A stretch of 64,000 nucleotides of DNA from Nitrospirota bacterium (GTDB lineage: Bacteria; Nitrospirota; UBA9217): NCBI GenBank assembly GCA_963663225.1, contig OY760142.1, positions 2,016,001 through 2,080,000 of the forward strand, given 5' to 3'. Below, in pieces: positions 10,693 to 20,307 of the stretch (position 1 is its first letter; every line of letters starts with the position of its first letter). The position numbers were made by a program, and so were the translations under genes. Below the pieces are notes generated by a model. The model saw nothing but the letters and a program-made list of their open reading frames with translations. It ran no database searches and had not been told where the DNA came from.

Positions 10693-11684
10693 AGCTTGAT
10701 TTCCCGCAGGAACTTGGCAGTGTCCTCGGGTGGCGTGGGGTTTATATAAAAGCCCGATCCCCATTCAAAACCGGCAACGTTTGTAAGTTTGGGCATGATT
10801 TCGATATGCCAGTGGTAGTAATCATTGCGCTCATCCCTGAAGGGGGATGTGTGGACTACATAGTTGTAAGGGGGATTCGAAAGAGCCCGGTCGTTTCTTC
10901 GCAGAATGTCCTGGAGCATCCCCGCTAGATCGTGAAAGTCTTCGTTGGATGAATAGGAAAAACAGGAGACGTGGTTTTTCGGAAGTATCCAGGTCTCAAA
11001 TGGAAACCGGGGCGCATACGGCGCGAGCGCGACAAAACGTTGCGTCTCCGATACCATTCGCGTGCCTGTTTGCATTTCCTGCCGGATGATATCGCAGAAA
11101 ATGCAGCGTTCTTTCATATCATAGTGCCGCTTGCTTCCGTCGATTTCGTCCTGCACCTGGATCGGGATAATAGGAAGGGCGATGAGTTGAGAGTGCGTGT
11201 GTTCAAGTGTGGCGCCCGCCAGAAGTCCTTCATTTTTGAAAATGAGGGTATACTGAAAGCGCTTGTCTCGCTTCAGGTCCTCCATGCGGTCGCGGTAGGC
11301 GCGGAACATGTCCTGGACAGCCTGCTGCGGCAGGGATGCCAGCGTAGCATCATGGTCGGGGCTTTCGATGATTACCTCGTGAGCGCCGATGCCGTTCATC
11401 TTGTCGAAGATGCCCTCTCCCTGTCTGTTTAAATCGCCTTCAACCTGGAGCGCCGGGAATTTGTTCGGTACGACGCGAAGCCTCCATCCAGGCCCGTTTG
11501 GCTGGCCGGAATCCCGATAGGCAAGGACCTCGTTCGGCGTCGTGCGTTCATTCCCCGCGTCGAAGGGGCAGAATCCGCCGGTTTTTTTTCCGCGCTGGTC
11601 GTGAAAATCCGTGGGCCGTTTACCGCGTTCGGATGAGATGATTACCCAGCGACCGGTAATGGGGTCTTTACGTAGCTCTGGCAT
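10689..11684 (-). CDS. galT: Galactose-1-phosphate uridylyltransferase family protein (GalT/ADP-glucose phosphorylase-like)
   Basis: MPELRKDP, CPF, VVPNKFPAL, HEVIIE, AGATLEHTHSQ (HxHxQ), HWHIEI, GFEWGSG. Confidence 0.9.
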   Translation of the reverse strand: MPELRKDPITGRWVIISSERGKRPTDFHDQRGKKTGGFCPFDAGNERTTPNEVLAYRDSGQPNGPGWRLRVVPNKFPALQVEGDLNRQGEGIFDKMNGIGAHEVIIESPDHDATLASLPQQAVQDMFRAYRDRMEDLKRDKRFQYTLIFKNEGLLAGATLEHTHSQLIALPIIPIQVQDEIDGSKRHYDMKERCIFCDIIRQEMQTGTRMVSETQRFVALAPYAPRFPFETWILPKNHVSCFSYSSNEDFHDLAGMLQDILRRNDRALSNPPYNYVVHTSPFRDERNDYYHWHIEIMPKLTNVAGFEWGSGFYINPTPPEDTAKFLREIKL

Positions 11685-11817
11685 ACATTCTCCTCATATT
11701 GCCGGCAGTGCAACAGCCGCATTTTTGTGAAAATATTGAATGCCCTACTCTGTTCGTATTATATCCGTCCTGTATGGTGTTGTCAAAAAGACTCTTGGTA
11801 TGTTATGATGAAACGGT

Positions 11818-12282
11818 ATGGCAGGTAAAATAGACAAGCTTTCAGTAACGCTCGGGAAAATTCTGCGTGCCCGTGGTCTTGGCGGCCGTCTGCATGAATA
11901 TCGCATCATCGAAAAATGGGGACAGATGGTAGGCACAGTGATTGCGCGGCATGCACAACCCCACCTGATACGGGGGAAAAGGCTCACGCTTATTGTGGAC
12001 AGCCCTGCCTGGATGCAGCAGCTTTCACTGCTCAAACAGGAAATTATTGAACAAGTGAATAAGAACCTTGGCAAGGACACGATACAAAGTATTATTTTGA
12101 AATTAGGTGAAATTACTTCACCACCGGTATCTCAAGAAAAATTATCAAAAAGCGGCAGCCTCAGCCGGGAGGATGCCGCACAGATTGAAGCCTGTCTCCA
12201 GGGAATACGCGATCCTGATGTTAGACAGGCTATCCAGAAGGTAATGGAAAAGGATTTTTTGAACAGAAAAAACATTCTGTGA
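11818..12282 (+). CDS. DUF721/DciA-family protein
   Basis: WGQMVGTVIARHAQP...LTLIVDSPAWMQQL...IIEQVN pattern typical of DUF721. Confidence 0.75.
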   Translation: MAGKIDKLSVTLGKILRARGLGGRLHEYRIIEKWGQMVGTVIARHAQPHLIRGKRLTLIVDSPAWMQQLSLLKQEIIEQVNKNLGKDTIQSIILKLGEITSPPVSQEKLSKSGSLSREDAAQIEACLQGIRDPDVRQAIQKVMEKDFLNRKNIL

Positions 12283-12572
12283 CAGAGAAACAACGACAGA
12301 ACTTCATGCTGGCAACGATGTATTATTGCTTTTGAGCGGCAATTTAGACCGGCCATAGGACATTTTAAAAACATAGAAATACTGTTTTTTTTGTTGTTTT
12401 TTTATAAAGTTGTATGCTAAAATGAACTTTAGAAAATTTTTATTGGTTTAGACTTTAAAAATATTGCCTGTTTTTATCTGCCATCAATCATTGCACCGTT
12501 TTATGGTACGTGCTTTCTTAGGGCTGAGGGCGACGCAAACAAACGATTACGACAAGCAGGAGGGGAAACAAT

Positions 12573-14345
12573 ATGCAGTGGAAGATGGTAACCGATCCTT
12601 TCGATAATATTGGCCTGTCCGCACTTTTGGCGGCAATACCTATTCTCTACCTGTTCTGGGCGTTGGCCTATGTACGTATGAAAGGGCACTGGGCTGCCAT
12701 CAGTGGAACCATCATTGCTATTCTTGTCGCCATCTTTGGCTACGGAATGCCGGTGGAGCTCGCAATGGCATCCACCTTCTTCGGGAGCCTCTTCGGACTC
12801 TGGCCGGTGGGATGGATCGTGGTCACTGCAATTTTCCTGTTGAGCCTCTCCATCAGGACTGGTCAATTTGAAATCATCAGAAACTCTCTTGCTGCGGTTA
12901 CGGCCGACCGCCGCATGCAGGCGCTGTTGATCGCTTTTTCATTCGGGGCCTTCATTGAAGGAGCCTCGGGATTCGGAACGCCTGTCGCGATTACCGGCGC
13001 AATGCTGATTGGACTCGGCTTTGAACCACTATATGCAGCCGCCATCTGTCTTCTTGCAAATACCGCCCCGGTGGCATTCGGCGTCATCGGTATCCCTGTC
13101 ACGGTTGCCAGCCAGGTTTCCGGCGTTGACCTGACGGCCCTCAGCCAGTTGGTGGGACGCACGCTGCCGTTTTTAAGTCTCATTATTCCCTTCTATATTG
13201 TCGTGCTCATGTCAGGCTGGAAAAAAGGAATGGTTGTCTGGCCTGCCTGCCTGGTGTGCGGCGGTTCATTCGCAATAACCCAATGGTATGTTTCCAATTT
13301 TATCGGCCCGCAGCTTACCGACATCGCCGCCGCCCTTGTTTCGATCGTCTGTCTTACGGTCTTCCTGCATAGGTGGCATCCGGAGGAAGTCTGGACTTTT
13401 GAACACGAGCCTGATGCAGTCAGCAGAGAGGAACTGAAGTATTCAGGGGGGCAAGTATTTAAAGCATGGGCTCCGTTTATCATAATGTCGGTTTTTGTGG
13501 CCGCCTGGGGTATCGGACCAATCAGATCGGTTCTTGATTCCTTCGGCATGGTGAAATTAGAAATCCCCATGCTCCATAATGCGGTTATTCGGGGCGGTGT
13601 TCCGATGGCGGCAGTTTACAATTTCAATATTCTGAGCGCGGCTGGCACCGCTATGCTGTTTGCGGCCATTTTTTCTATCCCCGTGATGGGCGCGTCCATG
13701 GAAACTGTTGTGAGCGTTGCCAAGGAAACCATTGCAAGACTCCTGTGGACCATGGTTACTATTGCGTCCATTCTCGGTTTCGCCTATATCATGAACTTCT
13801 CGGGAATGGCGGTTACTCTTGGTTATGCGTTCGCCCAAACAGGAATTTTCTTTCCGTTCTTCGCCGCGTTCCTGGGATGGCTGGGAGTGTTCATGACTGG
13901 GTCTGACACGTCATCCAATGCGCTGTTCGGAAAACTGCAGGAAGTTACCGCCCGGGCAATCGGTGTGGACCCTGTGGTCACCGTTGCAGCCAATGCATCG
14001 GGCGGGGTATGCGGAAAAATGATTTCTCCGCAGTCGCTTTCTGTTGCAACAGCCGCGACGCACTTGGTAGGACGGGAAGCGGATATTCTGCATTTGACGA
14101 TCAAGCACTCGATCATTCTGACCGCTTTGATTGGTGTTTTTGTGTATCTTCAGGCATACGTCCTTACCTGGATGATTCCCGTGTATGAGAAAGCCGCCGT
14201 TGCTGCGCCGGCCGCAACAGCAGCCGCTGCATCAGCGTCGCAGACGGAAGGGATCATCTATTTGTCGGTCACTCTCGGGATAACGATTATTTTGATTATT
14301 TCGGCAATCAGTGCGGCAGGCTCTCGGTCGAGATCTGCTGCCTGA
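12573..14345 (+). CDS. lctP: L-lactate permease (LctP/LldP family) with C-terminal extension
   Basis: Polytopic; FIEGASGFGTPVA, NTAPVAFG, TGSDTSSNALFG, GKMISPQS; RBS GGAGG upstream. Confidence 0.93.
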   Translation: MQWKMVTDPFDNIGLSALLAAIPILYLFWALAYVRMKGHWAAISGTIIAILVAIFGYGMPVELAMASTFFGSLFGLWPVGWIVVTAIFLLSLSIRTGQFEIIRNSLAAVTADRRMQALLIAFSFGAFIEGASGFGTPVAITGAMLIGLGFEPLYAAAICLLANTAPVAFGVIGIPVTVASQVSGVDLTALSQLVGRTLPFLSLIIPFYIVVLMSGWKKGMVVWPACLVCGGSFAITQWYVSNFIGPQLTDIAAALVSIVCLTVFLHRWHPEEVWTFEHEPDAVSREELKYSGGQVFKAWAPFIIMSVFVAAWGIGPIRSVLDSFGMVKLEIPMLHNAVIRGGVPMAAVYNFNILSAAGTAMLFAAIFSIPVMGASMETVVSVAKETIARLLWTMVTIASILGFAYIMNFSGMAVTLGYAFAQTGIFFPFFAAFLGWLGVFMTGSDTSSNALFGKLQEVTARAIGVDPVVTVAANASGGVCGKMISPQSLSVATAATHLVGREADILHLTIKHSIILTALIGVFVYLQAYVLTWMIPVYEKAAVAAPAATAAAASASQTEGIIYLSVTLGITIILIISAISAAGSRSRSAA

Positions 14346-14556
14346 TTACTACTTTTGTTAGGTGCTAAAATCGGACCACGGTCCGCAGTCCGGTCTCCGG
14401 ACAAATGTTTTCGGCAAGGAGATCATTCAGCGGCAAGACCATATTAAAAACACTCAGGATGCGAGCTTCAACAGACAGTATTCCTAATCCAGTACGTAAT
14501 ATTTCCATTCGTTGCCACGTGTAACGAGGTGTGTATTCAAAGTGGGGGAGGAGAAC

Positions 14557-14922
14557 ATGGATCGGCAGGACATATATGTTAAGACCGATAAAGCTTCCGA
14601 GGAGATACAGAACAGAAAGTACAAATTGTCTCAGGCATTACGCTCGCTCCTGATCATGATTGACGGCACAAAAACTATCGGCTCCTATGTGACCCAGGCT
14701 GTAGCGCTCGGAGACGTTACTGCAATGCTTCAGGAGTTGGAACAGCAGGGATTTATCAAAAAAAGTACGGATGCTCCCAGACCCCTGCCGACCAGCATGC
14801 CGGGCGGAAAAACTTCACCAGGAACAGGCCAGGAAAAGGGACCTGCGAAAACCGGCGGCGGCATGATAGATCTGGGCACCTTGTTCACATCGGGAGACCA
14901 GGACAAAAGCAAAAAAAAATAA
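14557..14922 (+). CDS. Small conserved hypothetical protein (winged-helix-like)
   Basis: GGAGGAG RBS before ATG 14557; KT..A.EEI..R...L...LRSLLIMIDG pattern; low-complexity C-terminal tail. Confidence 0.6.
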   Translation: MDRQDIYVKTDKASEEIQNRKYKLSQALRSLLIMIDGTKTIGSYVTQAVALGDVTAMLQELEQQGFIKKSTDAPRPLPTSMPGGKTSPGTGQEKGPAKTGGGMIDLGTLFTSGDQDKSKKK

Positions 14923-14985
14923 ATTTTTACCTTTCAGCAGGACTGCTCCGATATCTGTAAATTATCTGCTCAAAACTGCAAGCCG

Positions 14986-15033
14986 CACAACAACCAGAGA
15001 CAAGAAAGTTTTTTCTTGTCTCTGGTTGTTGTG
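14986..15033. terminator. Perfect 22-bp inverted repeat (hairpin/terminator-like)
   Basis: CACAACAACCAGAGACAAGAAA-gttt-TTTCTTGTCTCTGGTTGTTGTG. Confidence 0.7.
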
Positions 15034-15312
15034 ATTTGTACTTCCAAATAGTTACATCCACGTATCTTCCTCCCTTAAAAATATCAAAAATTAATATCTC
15101 TTTTACGACAAACATTTTAGTTGCATGCATTCCCCTCAATATGATTATTATTGGAGTATTCGTATAATTCATATTATAAATATAAGATTTGTAATATGAA
15201 CCGCAATTAATTGTAAATTAATGAATTGTTCATAGCAGGAGCGGGCTGCTATAATCTATTTTATAGCGACATTAAAGCACTAAAAACGGTTGAATACTTT
15301 ATAATACTAATG

Positions 15313-15347
15313 AATCAAGCTATTAAGCCATTGGCATATTTCTTGCT
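15313..15347 (+). promoter_or_regulatory. IHF-like site plus sigma54 -24/-12 promoter upstream of the hydrogenase operon
   Basis: AATCAA-GCTA-TTA (WATCAA-N4-TTR) at 15313-15325; TGGCAT-ATTTC-TTGCT at 15332-15347 with exact GG-N10-GC spacing. Confidence 0.7.
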
Positions 15348-15454
15348 CAAAAAGTTTATTAGTAAAGTTCTTTTTTTTGTTATTATTAGTATATAATTAT
15401 TTTAGCTATTTGATAAATGTATTTATCTGAAGAGAAATGATTAGTTTTACCTAT

Positions 15455-15483
15455 TTGACAAATATATTTCTTGATGCTAAAAA
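15455..15483 (+). promoter_or_regulatory. Possible sigma70 promoter for the hydrogenase operon
   Basis: TTGACA-N17-TAAAAA with TG at the extended -10 position. Confidence 0.5.
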
Positions 15484-15589
15484 TACTAAAATTTTTTTTA
15501 TGCAGCAGAGGTGAATAGATAATGACCGTTCATTTGCTCTGCATTATTTTTACTTAAGACACCGGCGTTTATTTTTGAAGGAGGAAGGT

Positions 15590-16699
15590 ATGGGAAAGAA
15601 AGACGAAGTCAGTAATCAGTTTCTTGAAGCTCTTGAATTCCGTGGAATCAAACGAAGAGATTTTTTGAAATTCTGCGGCGCAACCGCGGCTCTTATCGGC
15701 CTTTCCGAATTGCATGCACCTCATATTGCAGCAGCCTTGGAGAAAGCTGCGAAAAGACCGCCTGTCATATGGCTTAACTTCGGGTCCTGTTCGGGATGCA
15801 CCGAGGCTTTTGTCAAAGCATCCTATCCGACTGCAGCAGATGTCATTCTGGATGTGCTGAGCGTGAATTACAACGAGACCATCATGGCTGCGGCCGGTCA
15901 CCAGGTCGAGGAAGTGCTCGAGCAGAACAGAAAGGCGGGAGGTTATATCCTGATCGTTGAAGGCGGAGTGCCGACGAAAAAAGGATATGGCACAATGGGT
16001 GGAAAAGAGATGTTTGATGTTCTGAAGGAAATGGCCGGACCGGCCATAGCTGTGGTTGCGGTGGGCAGCTGCGCTACCGATGGAGGAGTGCCTGCAGCCA
16101 AACCGAATCCAGGCCAATACATCGGCACCGGTGCTGCTCTTGAAAAGCTCGGCATTAAGAAACCGCTTATCAACCTTGATCGTTGCGCGCAGAATCCCGA
16201 GTATCTTGTCGGTGTGGTCGTCAATTATCTTCTTCTGAAGAAACTTCCCGAGCTTGACAGCCTGGGCAGACCTACCATGTACTATGGTCAGACCATTCAT
16301 GATAATTGCGAACGCCGCGCGCATTTTGACGCCGGAAGATTTGTGGAAAAGTTCGGCACGAAGGAAGAGGCGCTCCAATATTGCCTTTATAAAGTCGGCT
16401 GCAAAGGCCCCATGGTTTATTCGGCATGCCCCAAGATTCAGGACAACGGCCATACGAGCTGGTGCGTCAAGGCGGGAGCTCCCTGTATCGGCTGCGCGGA
16501 ACGCGGCTGGGCGGATAAGTTTGCTGGATTCTATGAACCGCTTCCGGGTGTCAAGATACCTGGCCTGGGCGGCGTTGAAGCAGGCGCCGACAAGTTGGGC
16601 GCGGTTGCAGCAGTTGCAACTGCCGCAGGTATCGCAATACATGCCGTTGCAACAAAAGCTTCAGGCAGGACCAAAGGACATGACGGAGGTGAAAAATAA
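15590..16699 (+). CDS. [NiFe] hydrogenase small subunit (Tat-exported, C-terminal membrane anchor)
   Basis: KRRDFLKFC Tat motif; CSGCTE, GSCATDGG, HDNCER, CLYKVGCKGP, SWCVKAGAPCIGC; hydrophobic C-terminal helix. Confidence 0.96.
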   Translation: MGKKDEVSNQFLEALEFRGIKRRDFLKFCGATAALIGLSELHAPHIAAALEKAAKRPPVIWLNFGSCSGCTEAFVKASYPTAADVILDVLSVNYNETIMAAAGHQVEEVLEQNRKAGGYILIVEGGVPTKKGYGTMGGKEMFDVLKEMAGPAIAVVAVGSCATDGGVPAAKPNPGQYIGTGAALEKLGIKKPLINLDRCAQNPEYLVGVVVNYLLLKKLPELDSLGRPTMYYGQTIHDNCERRAHFDAGRFVEKFGTKEEALQYCLYKVGCKGPMVYSACPKIQDNGHTSWCVKAGAPCIGCAERGWADKFAGFYEPLPGVKIPGLGGVEAGADKLGAVAAVATAAGIAIHAVATKASGRTKGHDGGEK

Positions 16700-18291
16700 T
16701 GGCCAGGATTACTGTTGATCCACTTACCAGAATTGAGGGACACCTGAAGGTTGATGTCGAAATCGAAGGTGGAAAAGTAAAAGACGCATGGATGTCCGGC
16801 ACAATGTTCCGAGGTTTTGAAATTATCCTGCAGGGCAGAGATCCCCGAGACGCCTGGCATATTGTTCAACGCATCTGCGGTGTCTGTCCGACCTCTCACG
16901 GGCATGCCTCTACCATGAGCATGGACGATGCCTTCAAGGTAAAACCGCCTGACAATGGACGGATTATCAGAAATATCGTTGAAGGCGCCCAGTTTGTGCA
17001 CTCGCACATTCTGTGGTTCTATCATCTGAATGCCCTTGATTATGTTGACATTGTATCGGCACTCAAGGCGCAGCCCCGCGAAGCTTCGCTTAAAAAAGTG
17101 CAGAAGAAACTGAAGGCATATGTTGACTCAGGTCAGTTGGGGCCCTTTGCAAACGCATATTGGGGACATCCCGCATACAAACTGCCGCCTGATCTCAACC
17201 TGCTTGCAGTTGCACACTATCTCGAAGGGCTTGAAATGCAGGCAAAGGCCGCGCAGGTCAGCGCTCTGTTCGGCGGGAGAATGCCTATGACCATGACGAG
17301 CCCTCCGGGCGGCTCCAATCATGTGCCGAGCGTTGACGACCTGAAGAACTACCTGTTCCGCGTGAAAGAGCTTCAGGACTGGATTGACAATACGTTTATC
17401 CCCGATGTGCTCGCAATTGCACCGTATTATCTGGATCATGCGGCAATTGGAAAAGGACCTGCCAACTTCCTGTCATGGGGCGTTTTCGAAGATGCATCTT
17501 TTGATCCTAAGAAACGACTCTTCCCCAGAGGTGTGCTGCTTGCCAAGGACTTCCCGAAAATTCATGAGGCAAAGCCGGAGGATGTTACCGAGCACGTGAC
17601 CCGCGGATGGTATAAGAACGGCAAGCCGTTGAACCCCAGCGTCGGCGCGACCGAACCGGAGTTCACGGGATATGATGCAAACAAAAAATACAGCTGGTCC
17701 AAGGCGCCACGCCTAAACAATAGACCCATGGAGGCAGGAGCCCTTGCGCGCATCCTTGTAGCATATGCTGGCGGCAACCACACGGTGAAGAAGACCGTTG
17801 ACGATGTACTGGCAAAACTCGGACAAGCCGGAAAACCGCAGGTTCTGATGAGCGTTCTCGGGAGAATTGCAACGAGGGCCCTGGAAGCAAAGATCGTAGC
17901 GGACAATATGTACCAGTGGGGCATCGATATGATTGAAAATATATCGAAAGGAAATACCGCAGTGTACAATGACTACAAAATTCCTGATAAGGCACGGGGA
18001 GTCGGCCTTTGGGAAGCACCGCGCGGCGCCCTCGGGCACTGGATTGATATCGAAGGAAAGAAAATAAAAAATTATCAGGCAGTGGTTCCGTCGACATGGT
18101 ACTGCTCTCCCCGTGATGATAATGGGGTACGCGGCCCGGTCGAGGAAGCTCTTGTGGGCACCAGGGTTGCAAACCCCGAGAAGCCGCTCGAGATTCTCCG
18201 GGTGGTCCACTCGTTCGATCCTTGTCTTGCCTGCACCGTGCATGTGATCCATCCCGAGTCGAACCGGATCATGGCCTTTAAGGTCAGCTAA
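16699..18291 (+). CDS. [NiFe] hydrogenase large subunit (group 1a-like)
   Basis: DPLTRIEGH; L1 QRICGVCPTSH; L2 FDPCLACTVH followed by a cleavable C-terminal extension. Confidence 0.97.
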   Translation: MARITVDPLTRIEGHLKVDVEIEGGKVKDAWMSGTMFRGFEIILQGRDPRDAWHIVQRICGVCPTSHGHASTMSMDDAFKVKPPDNGRIIRNIVEGAQFVHSHILWFYHLNALDYVDIVSALKAQPREASLKKVQKKLKAYVDSGQLGPFANAYWGHPAYKLPPDLNLLAVAHYLEGLEMQAKAAQVSALFGGRMPMTMTSPPGGSNHVPSVDDLKNYLFRVKELQDWIDNTFIPDVLAIAPYYLDHAAIGKGPANFLSWGVFEDASFDPKKRLFPRGVLLAKDFPKIHEAKPEDVTEHVTRGWYKNGKPLNPSVGATEPEFTGYDANKKYSWSKAPRLNNRPMEAGALARILVAYAGGNHTVKKTVDDVLAKLGQAGKPQVLMSVLGRIATRALEAKIVADNMYQWGIDMIENISKGNTAVYNDYKIPDKARGVGLWEAPRGALGHWIDIEGKKIKNYQAVVPSTWYCSPRDDNGVRGPVEEALVGTRVANPEKPLEILRVVHSFDPCLACTVHVIHPESNRIMAFKVS

Positions 18292-18302
18292 AGGGGGACG
18301 AT

Positions 18303-18944
18303 ATGGAAAAAAACATGATCAAGGAATGGAATCGCGCATATATCATTGACCACTGGGTCAGGGTCGTCGCCATGGTGGTGCTTATTTTCACCGGTTTGTA
18401 CATCCAATGGCCGTTTATATCCGGTGGACCGGACAGTTTCATTATGGCCTGGATGCGGTTTTTCCACTTTGTTGCAGCCTATGCTTTTGTTCTGGGTCTT
18501 GTGGTTAGGGTGTATCTGGCATTTCGTTCCACGTTTGATGCGGACTGGAAGGATTTCAATGTCATTCAGGCCATCAAAAATATTCCAGACATAGCCGGAT
18601 ACTATCTGTTCATCAAGGGATCACACAAAGACTACAGAAAATACAATCCCTTGCAGGCGCTCTCGTACCTTTTTACGGGCGCGATGATAATCTTTTCCGC
18701 ACTGACCGGGTTTGCCATTTACCATGGCAATGTATTCGGGATCATTCCGGCAGAGACCGGATTCCGGTGGGTCATAACGCTTCTCGGCGGCGAGTCCTAC
18801 ACGAGGATGTGGCACATTATTACGATGTGGTACTTTATCATCTTCATGGTGATCCACGTCTACATGAGTATTATGATCAACTTTGTGAATAAAGATGGAA
18901 CATTCATGTCGATCTTCACTGGGTATAAACTGAAAAAACATTAA
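18303..18944 (+). CDS. Ni/Fe hydrogenase b-type cytochrome subunit
   Basis: Four TM helices with His ligands (DHW, FHF, WHI, IHVY) and the KYNPLQ motif. Confidence 0.93.
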   Translation: MEKNMIKEWNRAYIIDHWVRVVAMVVLIFTGLYIQWPFISGGPDSFIMAWMRFFHFVAAYAFVLGLVVRVYLAFRSTFDADWKDFNVIQAIKNIPDIAGYYLFIKGSHKDYRKYNPLQALSYLFTGAMIIFSALTGFAIYHGNVFGIIPAETGFRWVITLLGGESYTRMWHIITMWYFIIFMVIHVYMSIMINFVNKDGTFMSIFTGYKLKKH

Positions 18945-18960
18945 TACACTATGGACTCTG

Positions 18961-19464
18961 ATGAACAATGAACAGATGCGGGGAGGCATGAACATGCCTC
19001 CCCGAAATATTTTGATTCTCGGTGTCGGCAACCTGTTGCTTACCGACGATGGCTTCGGTGTTCACGTTGTCAATGCCCTCAAAAGTCACACCTTTCCCGA
19101 TACGGTAAAACTGCTTGATGCGGGCGTAGTCAGCCACCAGTTGATTCCCGTACTTCATGAAACCGATCTCCTGATTGTCGTGGACGCTGTTGAAGCCGGC
19201 GATATCCCCGGTTCGCTGTTCAAATTTTCGCCGGATGACCTGCAGTTCAAGTCGGGCCAGATGTCTTCTCTGCACCAGCTTAGTCTGACTGATGTTCTGC
19301 AGATGACAGAACTCACGGGGAAAAGGCCGGAAACGATTATTATTGCGGTTCAGCCTAAAAGCGTTTCCACCTGGTCGCTGGAATTAAGCGATGAGGTAAA
19401 GGCAGCCGTCCCAAAGGCCATAGAACTCGTGTTAAATGAGCTAAAGAAAGCCGGAATCTCGTGA
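18961..19464 (+). CDS. Hydrogenase maturation endopeptidase (HyaD/HybD family)
   Basis: ILGVGNLLLTDDGFGVH, VDAV, SLHQ; true start may be ATG 18988. Confidence 0.93.
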   Translation: MNNEQMRGGMNMPPRNILILGVGNLLLTDDGFGVHVVNALKSHTFPDTVKLLDAGVVSHQLIPVLHETDLLIVVDAVEAGDIPGSLFKFSPDDLQFKSGQMSSLHQLSLTDVLQMTELTGKRPETIIIAVQPKSVSTWSLELSDEVKAAVPKAIELVLNELKKAGIS

Positions 19465-19580
19465 AACATGTAGGATCATTCTCTCAGTTTTTTTCCTCGC
19501 TGACGATCTCACCGAAGCACAAATTCTGCAATCAATAATTATTTTCTGATATAGTTCAGGCATTGGATCAAGGAAAGCGC

Positions 19581-20207
19581 ATGACATTTCAGACATGGAC
19601 GGCTTTTGCAGTTGCAGCAGGCATAATACTGATAGTGCCCGGTCCAACGGTCATTGCGGTAATCAGTCATGCCCTGACACAGGGACGCAAGGCAGTCGTA
19701 CCGCTCATGATTGGTGTAGTTCTCGGTGATTTTACTGCTCTGACGCTCTCTTTGCTCGGGCTCGGCGCTGTTTTTGCGGCCTCAGCAAGACTTTATTTCG
19801 GTATAAAACTACTGGGGGCCATATATTTAATATTCCTCGGCTACAGACTTTGGCGTATCAATCCTGAGAATAGGGGAGCAAGTGCTTCAATGAATATGGT
19901 TTCCAGAAAGAATCTGGTTGGCGCCTTGTTTACTGTAACGGCACTGAACCCGAAAAGCATCGTCTTTTTTATGGCTTTTCTCCCGCAGTTTATAACCCCT
20001 GCGTCAGACGTGTCTCTCCAAATTGTAATATTGGGAGGAACATTTTTAACGCTTGCAGCACTGAATGCGGCGCTGTATGCATCTTTTTCCGGATATCTGC
20101 GGGGAAAAATTCAAAATAAAGAAATATATCGATGGCTTAATCGTTGCGGAAAGGCGGTGCTGATTGCAGCGGGAATTCTTGCAGGAGAAATACATCGCTC
20201 GATATAA
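19581..20207 (+). CDS. LysE/RhtB-family translocator
   Basis: IVPGP, GAIYLIFLG, LNPKSIVFFMAFLPQF. Confidence 0.9.
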   Translation: MTFQTWTAFAVAAGIILIVPGPTVIAVISHALTQGRKAVVPLMIGVVLGDFTALTLSLLGLGAVFAASARLYFGIKLLGAIYLIFLGYRLWRINPENRGASASMNMVSRKNLVGALFTVTALNPKSIVFFMAFLPQFITPASDVSLQIVILGGTFLTLAALNAALYASFSGYLRGKIQNKEIYRWLNRCGKAVLIAAGILAGEIHRSI

Positions 20208-20307
20208 ATGCCAACCCGACAGAGAAAAAACGACAGAGGTATGCGAAGAAACGTAACAGAGCCGATAAAAGGTGTTTTTCTGGGGAATATGGTTGAGGAT
20301 GTTTAGT

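Noticed and set aside
18211-18243. Possible selenocysteine ([NiFeSe]) in the hydrogenase L2 motif
   Set aside because: The codon is TGT (Cys); there is no in-frame TGA.
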